Made by a program: the position numbers and the translations under genes. From contig JAVEVC010000001.1 of assembly GCA_034005245.1 (NCBI GenBank), positions 161,999 through 225,998 of the forward strand: a stretch of DNA of 64,000 bases, written 5' to 3'. Positions within the stretch are counted from its first letter, which is position 1; the number at the start of each line of letters is the position of its first letter. Shown one piece after another: positions 1-9,237 of the stretch. The notes under the pieces were generated by a model, which worked only from the letters and a program-made list of their open reading frames with translations, was not told where the DNA came from and did not search any database. This stretch comes from Bacteroidales bacterium (GTDB lineage Bacteria; Bacteroidota; Bacteroidia; Bacteroidales; VadinHA17).

Positions 1-549
1 TCCGGCAGCTTTCTGGGTTTTTGACTGGGCAGTCAGGGTTGAATCGTCAGGGATCGTTGAAATGATACCGGTCTTGGTGCCTTCTCCCTGCATAAGCATC
101 ATAAAACAACGGTTCTCACCATCGAAAATAAATACTGACGGGATTGATGATTCACCCTTACCTGATTCAGCCACTCTGACTTCGATTGCAGCACTAAGTG
201 TATTTGGATTGAAATATGTAAAGTAATCCGATTTAATTACATCCTTCTTGTCATATGATTCCATTATCATATGCATCCTCCCGGTGAAATTATATTCATC
301 ATTATGCTTGATGTCTGTCTTGCCGCCAAGGATACCCATGCCCAACCCTCTTGGCCTGGCCTGCTGGTCATCCTGATCAGCCTGAGCTTCTTCGGCTTTT
401 TTATTGATTGCACTGTCTGCCCTGGTTTCTATCTCTTTATTGATAGCTTTATTCAATTTATTCCTTAAAATGCTTCCAACCTGGGCATTAGAAGAAAATG
501 GCATTGCCATGGCAAATGCCATCAGAATTATTGAACTTCTTATTTTCAT
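1..549 (-). CDS. secreted hypothetical protein. The N-terminal 183 codons are in the window and the gene runs off the left edge.
   Basis: Absent from the ORF track because it is truncated. I translated it by hand: the reverse-strand ATG at 549 gives MKIRSSIILMAFAMAMPFSSNA|QVGSILRNK..., and the frame stays open to position 1. It has a signal peptide with Gln at +1. Confidence 0.6.
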   Translation of the reverse strand, partial: MKIRSSIILMAFAMAMPFSSNAQVGSILRNKLNKAINKEIETRADSAINKKAEEAQADQDDQQARPRGLGMGILGGKTDIKHNDEYNFTGRMHMIMESYDKKDVIKSDYFTYFNPNTLSAAIEVRVAESGKGESSIPSVFIFDGENRCFMMLMQGEGTKTGIISTIPDDSTLTAQSKTQKAAG

Positions 550-575
550 TTGACTAGGATTTTGAGATTGGATAT

Positions 576-583
576 CAAAATTA
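576..583 (-). promoter_or_regulatory. putative Bacteroidota -7 promoter box (TAATTTTG)
   Basis: Exact TAnnTTTG on the minus strand, 26 nt upstream of the ATG at 549. Confidence 0.4.
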
Positions 584-715
584 CGAATTTTTATAAAAGC
601 AAAGGCTGTTGAAGAAGCCAAAGTTTTAATATCAAGAATCAAAATCTATATTGATTATTAAACCCGGATTCGCAACAACCTCTGTACCTGTTTACAATAG
701 ACTCTGTCGGAAAAC

Positions 716-1465
716 CTATTCGGCAGCAACTTCTTCCGGCTTTTCCTTTTCCAGCAAAACAGACTGGTAAAGGGATGCAAAGGAAGAAGATATCCAGATT
801 ATTGCCGGGAAGATTCCAACAATGAGCATCATCAATCCGAATATGAGAATAAAGAATGAAACAATACCCATAAGGAAAATTCGCCATCCGTGACCGCGTG
901 TAAGCTTCCAGCTTAACTCTACTGCCTCGATAGGGTCTAGTTTCTTGTCCATAACAATATAAGAAGTAAAGACGAGTCTGCAGGCAATAATTATTCCCGG
1001 TACAATCAGTGCGAAGAATCCGAGAACAATAAGAGCGACAACAAGGAGATTGGCTAATATTATATAAAGGTAGTTTTCCCAGAAACCTCTAACGAGGATC
1101 TCAAAATCCGGTTTGATCTGCCTGACCGCCTGAACGAAAATCATATCTCCCCCATAGGAAAAAACAGGTGCCACAAGGAAAGCATAAAGTAGAGCTATAA
1201 ATCCGAAAAAAGCAGCAAACGCACCAAGCGTACCTATTTCAACCAGATTCCCGATGTCGTGTTTCATGTCTGAGGAAAGAAAATGTAAATCGTCAATATC
1301 GAATTTAAAATCAAACAGATGAAAAGGGGCTGCTGTAATAGCCAGAACAAGCACAACCAGGAAAAGCCTTAGAAAATTGTCTGTCATCACCTGCCATCCG
1401 GTTCCGAAACTATTCCCGAAAGTTGGGATTAATTTGTAATCTTTTTGTGTTTCCATTTTATTCAT
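716..1465 (-). CDS. multi-pass membrane protein of unknown function (DUF975/UPF0259-like by eye)
   Basis: 249-aa ORF with about 5-6 hydrophobic helices and an acidic C-terminal tail. No catalytic motif recognised. Confidence 0.6.
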   Translation of the reverse strand: MNKMETQKDYKLIPTFGNSFGTGWQVMTDNFLRLFLVVLVLAITAAPFHLFDFKFDIDDLHFLSSDMKHDIGNLVEIGTLGAFAAFFGFIALLYAFLVAPVFSYGGDMIFVQAVRQIKPDFEILVRGFWENYLYIILANLLVVALIVLGFFALIVPGIIIACRLVFTSYIVMDKKLDPIEAVELSWKLTRGHGWRIFLMGIVSFFILIFGLMMLIVGIFPAIIWISSSFASLYQSVLLEKEKPEEVAAE

Positions 1466-1488
1466 GTTTTTATCAAGTTTTGTTGAGT

Positions 1489-1496
1489 CAAATGTA
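1489..1496 (-). promoter_or_regulatory. putative -7 promoter box (TACATTTG)
   Basis: Exact TAnnTTTG on the minus strand, 23 nt upstream of the ATG at 1465. Confidence 0.4.
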
Positions 1497-1591
1497 AACC
1501 ACTGATTTTAATCATAATGCATACTATAGTAGTGAATTTTCAGAATCCTACTTAAGTTTCGCCGGCAATACTAAAGTAGTGTTGCCCTTTT

Positions 1592-2539
1592 ATGCTCTTT
1601 GCTTATCTTTATGTTATGATTACAATCCTCCTTTATCTTGTTTTTATTGTATCAGTAGCCCTTGCTGCCGGCGGAATCATATTGGCTACAAGGCTAAGGA
1701 GCAGAAACAGATCAGATGCATTCACCTATCTTCTTTATTTCCAGGTCTTCATCTATACTTTCGGATTTTATGTAATATGGGGGCAGGTTCTTATCAGGAC
1801 ATTGCTTTCTCAGCAGGTTTCAGAAGCCGCCCTTGGAAAAATATCAGATGTTTCAGTCCTCCTCGGACTTCCTTTCCTTGTGTTTGCCTGGCTCATGCTT
1901 TTAAGGTTCACGATGAGTCTCACCGGAAGAAAAACAGGAGGAGCTTTCATCTTTTGGTTCCTCTTTGCCAATTTCTCCATTCTTTCAGCGATAGGATATT
2001 TTATTGCTGTATCAGACGGACTCAAAACAACAGCTGTAATAAGGTACTATTACATAATCATGAACCTTGCTTATTATTTCATTGCAGCTTTTATTTTGCA
2101 CTTTTCGCCTGAAAGAAAGCTCATCACCAATACCAGCAGCAAGAAAGTACTGGCTCCCGCCATATTCCTTATCATGACAGCACAATGCATTCCGTTGTTC
2201 TTTTATGAAGGCCAGGAACTTCTTGGAGCTATTTTCGCCCTGGTCTTTTTCATCGGGAATACATTCATCCCTTTCTACTTTAGTTATGGCACAATGACCC
2301 CTGATATCCCGGCCTATGATATCACGTATGAAGAATTCTGCAGGAAATACGAAATATCACCCCGCGAATCTGACATTATCAGGGAAATTTGTAATGGCCT
2401 CAGCAATAAAGAGATATCTGAACGGTTGTTTATAACCCTGCAAACCGTTAAAGATCATACTCATCGCATTTACATAAAGACAAATGTTAAAAGCAGGGTA
2501 CAGCTTATTAACCTGGTGAAAGAGATCACAATCAGATAA
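1592..2539 (+). CDS. membrane-embedded LuxR-family transcriptional regulator (about 7 TM helices plus a C-terminal HTH)
   Basis: The C-terminus SPRESDIIREICNGLSNKEISERLFITLQTVKDHTHRIYIKTNVKSRVQLINLV is a typical LuxR/GerE HTH. The preceding 240 or so aa form about seven hydrophobic helices. Confidence 0.75.
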   Translation: MLFAYLYVMITILLYLVFIVSVALAAGGIILATRLRSRNRSDAFTYLLYFQVFIYTFGFYVIWGQVLIRTLLSQQVSEAALGKISDVSVLLGLPFLVFAWLMLLRFTMSLTGRKTGGAFIFWFLFANFSILSAIGYFIAVSDGLKTTAVIRYYYIIMNLAYYFIAAFILHFSPERKLITNTSSKKVLAPAIFLIMTAQCIPLFFYEGQELLGAIFALVFFIGNTFIPFYFSYGTMTPDIPAYDITYEEFCRKYEISPRESDIIREICNGLSNKEISERLFITLQTVKDHTHRIYIKTNVKSRVQLINLVKEITIR

Positions 2540-2629
2540 ACCGGATCTGAAGACAGACCCGGATGCATTTTGAATTCATTTTGTCATTATGATATAGGAA
2601 TCCGATGGCATAATGACCTGCTGAACAAA

Positions 2630-3247
2630 TCAAACATCACTGAATGCAAGGTATAACAGCACAGGCCCTCCGGTAAATCTGAGCCTGAATGAGTGACCTT
2701 CAGCCTCATTCAATGTAGCACGCCACCAGTTCCTGAGCTTCAGATCATCAAGTCTGTATCTCAATCCTTCAGAAGTGATTTTTGTCTCCGGGTCTATGGA
2801 AAAAATCGAAACCTTCTGGCCTGGGAAGGAACTGACCTCACAGCCTTTCAGCAACGGGATAAAAGTACCTGTGTCGGTGACCATCTTAATCTTTACCAGG
2901 CGTGCATATTCCGCCAGGAGGGAGATATTTCCTATGGTATGATCCTCTCTTTTCCCAGTGGCTCCAAGGATTACAATATCGCTATACCCTTTCCCTGAAC
3001 ACCATTGAACAGCCTTCGTAAGGTCATTTGTCTCCTGGTCGGTATCTCTGAAAAGGCGATCTGTAAACTTTGATGCGGTATCGCCCGACAGTGAATCAAG
3101 ATCCCCTACAATAGCCTCAGGTACTAAACCTTTTGCAAGAAGTATTTCAGCACTGCCATCACAACAGATTATATGCTCTGCTTTATTCAGAAATCCAAGT
3201 GGAATCTCGTGTTGTGGGAATCTCCCGTCTGCAAGAATAATAGTCAT
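2630..3247 (-). CDS. thiN: thiamine pyrophosphokinase
   Basis: 205 aa with a TPK-type N-terminus (IICCDGSA...VGDLDS). It is the last gene of the riboswitch-led thiamine operon. Confidence 0.8.
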   Translation of the reverse strand: MTIILADGRFPQHEIPLGFLNKAEHIICCDGSAEILLAKGLVPEAIVGDLDSLSGDTASKFTDRLFRDTDQETNDLTKAVQWCSGKGYSDIVILGATGKREDHTIGNISLLAEYARLVKIKMVTDTGTFIPLLKGCEVSSFPGQKVSIFSIDPETKITSEGLRYRLDDLKLRNWWRATLNEAEGHSFRLRFTGGPVLLYLAFSDV

Positions 3248-3312
3248 CGATAGAATTCAATTCGAGGTTAATATCTTTTCAGGATTCTGGCTTCGTATCC
3301 TGTTTACATTTA

Positions 3313-3957
3313 TCATGCAGGCTCCTTTATCATGATCCTTTTCCATTCAGCCAGGCCCACGAACGACATTATGAAATAAACCAGGTACAATATCATTGTT
3401 GGAAATAATCCCCTTGTTAAAAACAGACCTGCTGATAAAATATTCACAACAATCCACAGGAACCAGTGTTCATAGATCTTCCTTGCCAGCATCCAGGTTG
3501 CAACTATCGAAAGAGATGTTATTATGGAATCCCACAGGGGAATGGGTGAGTCTGTGAGGCGGGAAAGTACAAGCCACATTATTGATAACAGCAGAAAAAA
3601 TACGAATGCCAGAATTATACCTGTCCGGAAATTTATTCTTGTCACCCTTAGACCTCCCTTTTCCATTTTCACATCTTCTTCTACTCTCCTGTCCTGATGT
3701 TCCTGAGTGCTCTGGCTGCGTTGAAGACTTGTTCCACTGATCCACCAGTACCATCCAACGAAGCTGATAACAAGATAATATCCCTGCAGGCTCATGTCGG
3801 CATATATCTTCCCGGTAAAAAAAACATATATGTAAACTGCCGATGTGACTATTCCTACAGGCCATAAAAGTATGTTCTGCCTGATTTCAAGAAATACATA
3901 GATTATTCCGGCTGCCGCACCAAATATTTCAATCCAGTTATTATAAATCCAATTCAT
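3313..3957 (-). CDS. pnuT: PnuC-family vitamin transporter, thiamine type (PnuT)
   Basis: 214 aa. It has a PnuC-like N-terminus (NWIEIFGAAAGIIYVFLEIRQNILLWPVGIVTS) and multiple TM helices. It lies between the TonB receptor and the TPK gene, downstream of a TPP riboswitch. Confidence 0.75.
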   Translation of the reverse strand: MNWIYNNWIEIFGAAAGIIYVFLEIRQNILLWPVGIVTSAVYIYVFFTGKIYADMSLQGYYLVISFVGWYWWISGTSLQRSQSTQEHQDRRVEEDVKMEKGGLRVTRINFRTGIILAFVFFLLLSIMWLVLSRLTDSPIPLWDSIITSLSIVATWMLARKIYEHWFLWIVVNILSAGLFLTRGLFPTMILYLVYFIMSFVGLAEWKRIMIKEPA

Positions 3958-3975
3958 AATAAAATCAAACTTCTG

Positions 3976-6426
3976 TCAGAACTTAAGCCCGAACTTAACC
4001 AGGAAATTTGTTCCGGCCTGAGGGAAATAGTATGCCCAGGTCTTTTCAATGCCGTCTTCAAACCAGTTTCCGCCATAAGCATTACTTTCATACTCTGCAT
4101 TGAAAACATTATTCACAAAGATCTGGAACTCGGAATTCCTGATCCTGCCAAACAAATTGCTGAAATCCACCCGGATGTTATTTACGAAATATGGGTCCAG
4201 CTTTCTGGTTTCATTCATTGTATTGTCAAAATATTGTTTTCCAACATACTTGCTAACAAGATGAATTGTAACCATTCGATGCGGCTTAAACCACAGGTCG
4301 CTTCCGGCAATAACTGCCGGGGAATAAGCAAGATCAACAGTTCCTAGTTTTCTGCTCCTATATTCCTGTGTCCAGTCGGTTGTATTATAGTTTGTGTAAT
4401 ATTCCGTGAAGTCAGATATTTTATTCCTGCTGAGTGTGATATTTGCATCCCAGCCGGCTGATCCTGAAATGAGAATACCAGTACCAAGTTCTATTCCTGT
4501 TCTGTAACTCCTTTCCACATTGGTTTGAATGGGATAACCCGCACTGCTGAGTTCACCGGTTGGAACAAGCTGATCGCGGTAATTCATCCAGAATAAGTTT
4601 AACGACATGAGAAACTTTTCTCCTGTAAATTTATATCCGGCTTCGGCATCAAACAGCTTCTCAGGAAGAGGCATTGCATCAGGGTCTCCTGAAGCTTCCT
4701 TAAAATCAGTTCTGGTTGGTTCCCTGCCGGCAACGGAAAACGAAACAAAAGCCTCATTATGTTCATCCGTTTTAAGGAACAAGCCTGCTTTGGGATTAAG
4801 GAAACTGTATCTGTGAAACTGTGAAATATCCTTGAGATCGTCATCGTTACCGCTCAGGTCGTAACTAATGTGCCTGTATTGAAGGTCTCCGAAAAATGCA
4901 AGATCTTCAGTCAAAGAATAGCTGAGTTTTGAAAACAGGCTTATTTCTCCCTTATTTCCGTTATTGAAGTACCACTGGTAGTCCTTGTCAGTATTACCAG
5001 CATATCTCATCCATATTATCCTTCCGAAATGGTCACCGGTAAAAATATTCATTCCCCCGCCAAATGATGCTTCATACCTTCTGCCAGTGTATTTCATTGA
5101 CCAGACCATTCCATAAAAATCATTAGACATCCATTTCCTTCTGATAAGATCTGTTTCACTTATCGCCAGACCATCTGGATCAAAAACGGGAAGCCCATAA
5201 TCAGACAGCAGCCTGTCCTCCTTAAACTCCTCATAGTAGCCTTCTCCCCTGGTATAATGAATTGCAGCATTTGCCGTGATCCTGTCGCTTATTTTCAGGT
5301 TATATATAAGCTGGTAATGATTCTGTACATAGTTATCGCTCTCGTTGTCATAATAATGAGTTATACCGTTCTCATCAGTGTATTCACCTGCAGGATTATA
5401 CCTGCGATCGTCAGCCAGTTTTTCCTGAGGCACTCCCCACCATCCGATGCCGGTATACTCCTTTCCAAACAGGAGGTTTGCTTTAAGCATTGATTTGTCG
5501 GTCCTGTATACACCGCTGATGTATGCCGACCGGTGTTCCGACCCGGTCCTGCTTATAAATCCATTGCTTCTGAGATCAGAAAGGCGCATCTGCATGGCAA
5601 ATTTGCCTGCAAGTAGGCCTGTCCCTGCTGCAACACTATTTTTTATTGTTGAAAATGAGCCGGCAGCGGAATTTATTTCTGCAAAAGGTTCATTTTCAAT
5701 GCCTTTAGTTTGAATGTTTATTGATGCCCCGAATGCTCCTGCTCCGTTTGAAGATGTGCCTACTCCACGCTGCACCTGGATATTATCAACTGATGACGCA
5801 AGATCAGGAAGATCTACCCAGAAAACCTGCTGTGACTCCGGGTCGTTAAGCGGTATCCCGTCAATGGTCACGTTTATCCTGCTTGCATCAGTGCCCCTGA
5901 TCCTTAAGCTTGTGTAGCCAATGCCTGTTCCCGATTCTGAAGTTTCTACAAGAGACGGAGTAAGGCTGAGAAGAAAGGGAAGGTCCTGGCCGGCATTCAG
6001 CTTTTTCAGCTCATCGCTTTCCAGGTTGCTGTAAGCCATTGGCGAACGGTTTCCTGCCCTCGTAGCGTTAACAATCACCTCGCCTGTTATAATCTGCTTT
6101 TGTACCATGGCAACCTCAACAAATGCCTCGCCCTTCAGATCAACCTCAATAGTTCTTGCTTCGTACCCAATAAATGAAAAACTCACGGAATAATGGCCAT
6201 CCTTGAGCTCGCCAATGGTAAATGATCCGTCCGGCCCGGAATACACACCCTTGAATGTACCGGCAATAGTTATGGCTGCCCCTCCAAGCGGATTTGACAT
6301 TGTATCGGTAACTCTTCCTTTTATTACAGAAGCATGCTTCTGTCCATATAATTCAGGGGGCATCAGTAAAAATACCGACAGGAATAAGATCCAAATATTC
6401 TTTCTCACAGCCAATAATAAAATCAA
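3976..6426 (-). CDS. TonB-dependent outer-membrane receptor (predicted thiamine uptake)
   Basis: 816 aa with a CarboxypepD_reg-like N-terminal domain (VIKGRVTD...GPDGSFTI), plug and barrel regions, and a C-terminal ...FGLKF. The start is uncertain. The track start at 6426 is a TTG. A GTG at 6408 would give a cleaner signal peptide (M)RKNIWILFLSVFLLMPPELYG|Q. Confidence 0.85.
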   Translation of the reverse strand: MILLLAVRKNIWILFLSVFLLMPPELYGQKHASVIKGRVTDTMSNPLGGAAITIAGTFKGVYSGPDGSFTIGELKDGHYSVSFSFIGYEARTIEVDLKGEAFVEVAMVQKQIITGEVIVNATRAGNRSPMAYSNLESDELKKLNAGQDLPFLLSLTPSLVETSESGTGIGYTSLRIRGTDASRINVTIDGIPLNDPESQQVFWVDLPDLASSVDNIQVQRGVGTSSNGAGAFGASINIQTKGIENEPFAEINSAAGSFSTIKNSVAAGTGLLAGKFAMQMRLSDLRSNGFISRTGSEHRSAYISGVYRTDKSMLKANLLFGKEYTGIGWWGVPQEKLADDRRYNPAGEYTDENGITHYYDNESDNYVQNHYQLIYNLKISDRITANAAIHYTRGEGYYEEFKEDRLLSDYGLPVFDPDGLAISETDLIRRKWMSNDFYGMVWSMKYTGRRYEASFGGGMNIFTGDHFGRIIWMRYAGNTDKDYQWYFNNGNKGEISLFSKLSYSLTEDLAFFGDLQYRHISYDLSGNDDDLKDISQFHRYSFLNPKAGLFLKTDEHNEAFVSFSVAGREPTRTDFKEASGDPDAMPLPEKLFDAEAGYKFTGEKFLMSLNLFWMNYRDQLVPTGELSSAGYPIQTNVERSYRTGIELGTGILISGSAGWDANITLSRNKISDFTEYYTNYNTTDWTQEYRSRKLGTVDLAYSPAVIAGSDLWFKPHRMVTIHLVSKYVGKQYFDNTMNETRKLDPYFVNNIRVDFSNLFGRIRNSEFQIFVNNVFNAEYESNAYGGNWFEDGIEKTWAYYFPQAGTNFLVKFGLKF

Positions 6427-6477
6427 TTATGAACTGAAATCAAGAATGAGGAATTATGCAAGGCTGGATTTTGTTGA

Positions 6478-6558
6478 TACTCTCACTTCCCTCCGCCGGC
6501 ATTATCCGGATCAGGTTCAAGGGTATGATCTCAGCCCGAAGTATTAAGGCACCCCATT
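6478..6558 (-). promoter_or_regulatory. TPP (THI-box) riboswitch aptamer
   Basis: The minus strand reads GGGGTGCCTTAATACTTCGGGCTGAGATCATACCCTTGAACCTGATCCGGATAATGCCGGCGGAGGGAAG. It contains the conserved CUGAGA and ACCUGAUCYGGAUAAUGCCRGCG cores. It lies 50-130 nt upstream of the receptor start. Confidence 0.9.
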
Positions 6559-6568
6559 TTTGATTTTA

Positions 6569-6576
6569 CAAAGATA
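6569..6576 (-). promoter_or_regulatory. putative -7 promoter box (TATCTTTG) for the thiamine operon
   Basis: Exact TAnnTTTG on the minus strand, about 13 nt upstream of the first G of the riboswitch. This fits a transcript that starts just before P1. Confidence 0.5.
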
Positions 6577-6727
6577 GCACTTTTTTGCAGTGTTTTAATA
6601 GATATTATATTAATCATTAAATCCGGCCTTGTCAAAATAGCTTGACCAATGCAACGCTGCTTATTGATGGTAAGCAGATTAGCCTGCGCCAATCCCGTAA
6701 GTTTAACATTGTGCACCATCAAATGCA

Positions 6728-6735
6728 TATTTTTG
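6728..6735 (+). promoter_or_regulatory. putative -7 promoter box (TATTTTTG)
   Basis: Exact TAnnTTTG, 29 nt upstream of the ATG at 6765. This supports the shorter start for the following CDS. Confidence 0.4.
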
Positions 6736-6764
6736 CTAATTTGGCAATTCAAACAGGGGTAAAA

Positions 6765-7184
6765 ATGAATACTTTACTGAAAAGGCTTAACTATAAAGGT
6801 CAGAAAAGGATAGCGATAATCAACCCACAGAATAATACCATCACTGATGCTTTCACCGAAACGCCGGATATTACGATAGACGGAGAGATAGATCCCAGAT
6901 ACCCTTACGACTTTATGATATGCTATGCGAAAAAAGCTGCAGATGTTAAAGTTCTTGCCCCGGCTGCCCTTCACAATCTTTACGCTGACGGAGTATTATG
7001 GTTTTGCTACCCCAGGAAGAAATCAAAAAGGACAAACAATGAATCTGAAAGAGATTTCCGATGGAAATCTCTAAATGAGGCAGGTTTCTTTGGAACCCGG
7101 CTGCTAAACATCGACAATGATTGGGCGGCCATGAGGTTCAGGAACGGAAGGTTTTTAAAGCCAAGGGATGAGAAATTGAAATAG
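6765..7184 (+). CDS. conserved hypothetical protein (DUF3052-like by eye)
   Basis: Internal ATG of track ORF 6642..7184. The product MNTLLKRLNYKGQKRIAIINP...GVLWFCYPRKKSK...DNDWAAMRF resembles the DUF3052 pattern. The 41-codon upstream extension contains the promoter box. Confidence 0.55.
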   Translation: MNTLLKRLNYKGQKRIAIINPQNNTITDAFTETPDITIDGEIDPRYPYDFMICYAKKAADVKVLAPAALHNLYADGVLWFCYPRKKSKRTNNESERDFRWKSLNEAGFFGTRLLNIDNDWAAMRFRNGRFLKPRDEKLK

Positions 7185-7290
7185 AGAGCTTCAGGGGCGA
7201 GGAGTGTGTTTATAAATAACATGTACTTATATTTTGAAGATCCCATTGGATGCAGAATCTTTAGAATCAGGAAACTTAGTAACAGAAGTT

Positions 7291-7848
7291 ATGAGTATTG
7301 AGACGCCTGTCGGTGAAATGACAGCCGCTGCTTCTGATACTGGCATCAGCTTTATGTTGTTTTCCGACAGCAAAACGGCACTGCCCGGGCACGCATTAAA
7401 AACTATGACAGCTAGAAGTATAATGACTCAGAATGAGAACATTCACTTACTGACCTTAAAGGAACAGATGGAGGAGTATTTCGAAGGTATTAGAAAAAGC
7501 TTTTCAGTCCCATTGATCTTCTCGGGCACGGAATTTCAGATAAAGGTGTGGAAAGAACTTCAAAGGATTCAGTATGGATTTACAATCTCATACAAGGAAC
7601 AAGCCTTTACTCTCAATAGTCCTGAATCAGTTCGCGCAGTTGCAAATGCTAACGGGATGAACAGATTAGCCATACTGATACCGTGTCATCGCGTAATAGG
7701 AAGCAATGGACGCTTAACAGGATATGGAGGGGGACTGGCAAGAAAAAAATGGCTGCTTGAACATGAAAGGAAGCATTCAGGAAAGCCCGTCAGCTTATCC
7801 CTGTTCGATGTTAAAGATATTAACCGTGTAAGTGGAAAACATTTATGA
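7291..7848 (+). CDS. ogt: methylated-DNA--protein-cysteine methyltransferase
   Basis: Active-site PCHRV (IPCHRVIGSNGRLTGYGGGLARKKWLLEHE). I chose the ATG at 7291 (MSIETPVGEM...) over the TTG at 7234. Confidence 0.85.
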   Translation: MSIETPVGEMTAAASDTGISFMLFSDSKTALPGHALKTMTARSIMTQNENIHLLTLKEQMEEYFEGIRKSFSVPLIFSGTEFQIKVWKELQRIQYGFTISYKEQAFTLNSPESVRAVANANGMNRLAILIPCHRVIGSNGRLTGYGGGLARKKWLLEHERKHSGKPVSLSLFDVKDINRVSGKHL

Positions 7849-8201
7849 AAATAAATCCTGCAACAAGACATAGACTGCTAATGGCAGCTATCTTTGCTCT
7901 TTTCCTGGCAGCAGGATGTGCCAGAAGCGAGGAAATTGAACAGTGCCTGACAGGCCATACATACGGGTTCTTCGGGGGTTTATGGCATGGATTCATAGCT
8001 CCTTTCGATTTTATCGGTATGCTGTTCAGCGACAAGATAACCATGTACGCGCCCAACAACAACGGGGGATTCTATGCACTTGGATTCCTTCTGGGGAGTG
8101 GAGGCTGGGGCTTTTTTGGAAGTAAAAGTATTCACAGGGTAAGGCACACCCATGTCAGCCGCCCGGCACAAAAATTCGATGATGCCGAAATAATAGAATG
8201 A
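7845..8201 (+). CDS. small lipoprotein of unknown function
   Basis: Lipobox LAAGC, followed by a Gly-rich hydrophobic stretch. Its ATG overlaps the ogt stop codon (ATGA). Confidence 0.5.
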   Translation: MKINPATRHRLLMAAIFALFLAAGCARSEEIEQCLTGHTYGFFGGLWHGFIAPFDFIGMLFSDKITMYAPNNNGGFYALGFLLGSGGWGFFGSKSIHRVRHTHVSRPAQKFDDAEIIE

Positions 8202-8217
8202 ATAAAATGATGTCAAC

Positions 8218-8640
8218 ATGTCAATAAATATCAGAACTATAAGCATAATCCTTCTTTTGACAGGATTATTTACAACAGCTGTCATTAATCATTCGTGTTC
8301 CCCAACCAGTAAGATCCCGGAAACGACAGCTTCAACAAAAAGCCCGGACTGGAGAGATCTTTATTATTTTCATGCAGATGACAGTGTGTGGATTGTTAAA
8401 CCTCTGCCTTCAACCGGCGACATGTTCATGGGGCAGATATTTGACAGCAGAAATGTCGAAAAGATCCGTAACGTGAATATTTATGCATCCCCACTTTCAT
8501 CGGTTATCATAAAGGAACAGGTATTGACAGTTCCGATGGAAAATATATACAAAGTTGAAAATCATAAGATAAGCGCAGGAATGATTCTTGGATCAATTGG
8601 CCTTCTGGGATTGTTTTTCCTGATACCGGTGATTTTCTGA
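8218..8640 (+). CDS. hypothetical exported or membrane-anchored protein
   Basis: N-terminal signal or lipobox-like INHSC and a C-terminal TM helix (MILGSIGLLGLFFLIPVIF). Confidence 0.5.
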   Translation: MSINIRTISIILLLTGLFTTAVINHSCSPTSKIPETTASTKSPDWRDLYYFHADDSVWIVKPLPSTGDMFMGQIFDSRNVEKIRNVNIYASPLSSVIIKEQVLTVPMENIYKVENHKISAGMILGSIGLLGLFFLIPVIF

Positions 8641-8704
8641 AATCTCAGGGCTAATAGTATTGGAATATTATTCGTAACTTGGTTAAAACCAAAACTACAG
8701 TTCG

Positions 8705-9196
8705 ATGAATGATCATGTAGCAGAACCCGAATGCTGTCCGGTATTTGATACTGCGCCATGGGACAACATAACACATGAATGGACTGCCAAGCCCTTTATC
8801 AGAGAGTATTTGCCGCAATTTTTCCATATGCCGCTCCCATCAATGATGGAAAAAGTGGTTGGCAGGATGTGGAAACAGGCCAGGGATGCCGGTGCTGAAC
8901 CTGAAATGAAAGATTTTCTTCTTCTGGCTTATGACCCGTCACCCTGGAAGAGTGAACTCTATATGAGTACTACAAGAGAGGTGCCGGGAGCAGAGAATGT
9001 TTCCCTTACCGGTACTTTCGTAAGCAAGGTTTATGATGGCCCCTATAATCATATACCAAAATACCTCAAGGATTTCAGTGCATATCTCGCTTCAAAAGGG
9101 AACAAGGCAAAAAAATATTACTTCTACTATACAACCTGTCCCAAATGTGCAAAAAAATACGGTCATAACTATATTGTTGCATTTGCAGAAGTATAG
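8705..9196 (+). CDS. conserved Cys-containing protein of unknown function
   Basis: 163 aa with an N-terminal ECCPVFD and a C-terminal YYTTCPKCAKKYG. I recall homologs being annotated loosely as 'hydrolase', but I cannot verify that here. Confidence 0.55.
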   Translation: MNDHVAEPECCPVFDTAPWDNITHEWTAKPFIREYLPQFFHMPLPSMMEKVVGRMWKQARDAGAEPEMKDFLLLAYDPSPWKSELYMSTTREVPGAENVSLTGTFVSKVYDGPYNHIPKYLKDFSAYLASKGNKAKKYYFYYTTCPKCAKKYGHNYIVAFAEV

Positions 9197-9237
9197 AAAT
9201 CCTGAATAGAGGATCAGGCGACCATCAACAAATCATT

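Noticed and set aside
2583-2617. A perfect 9-bp inverted repeat (GTCATTATG … CATAATGAC, 17-nt loop) between the convergent LuxR and TPK genes.
   Set aside because: As a terminator it is weak: the stem is AT-rich, the loop is long, and there is no U-tract on either strand. It could be a protein-binding palindrome, but nothing else supports that.
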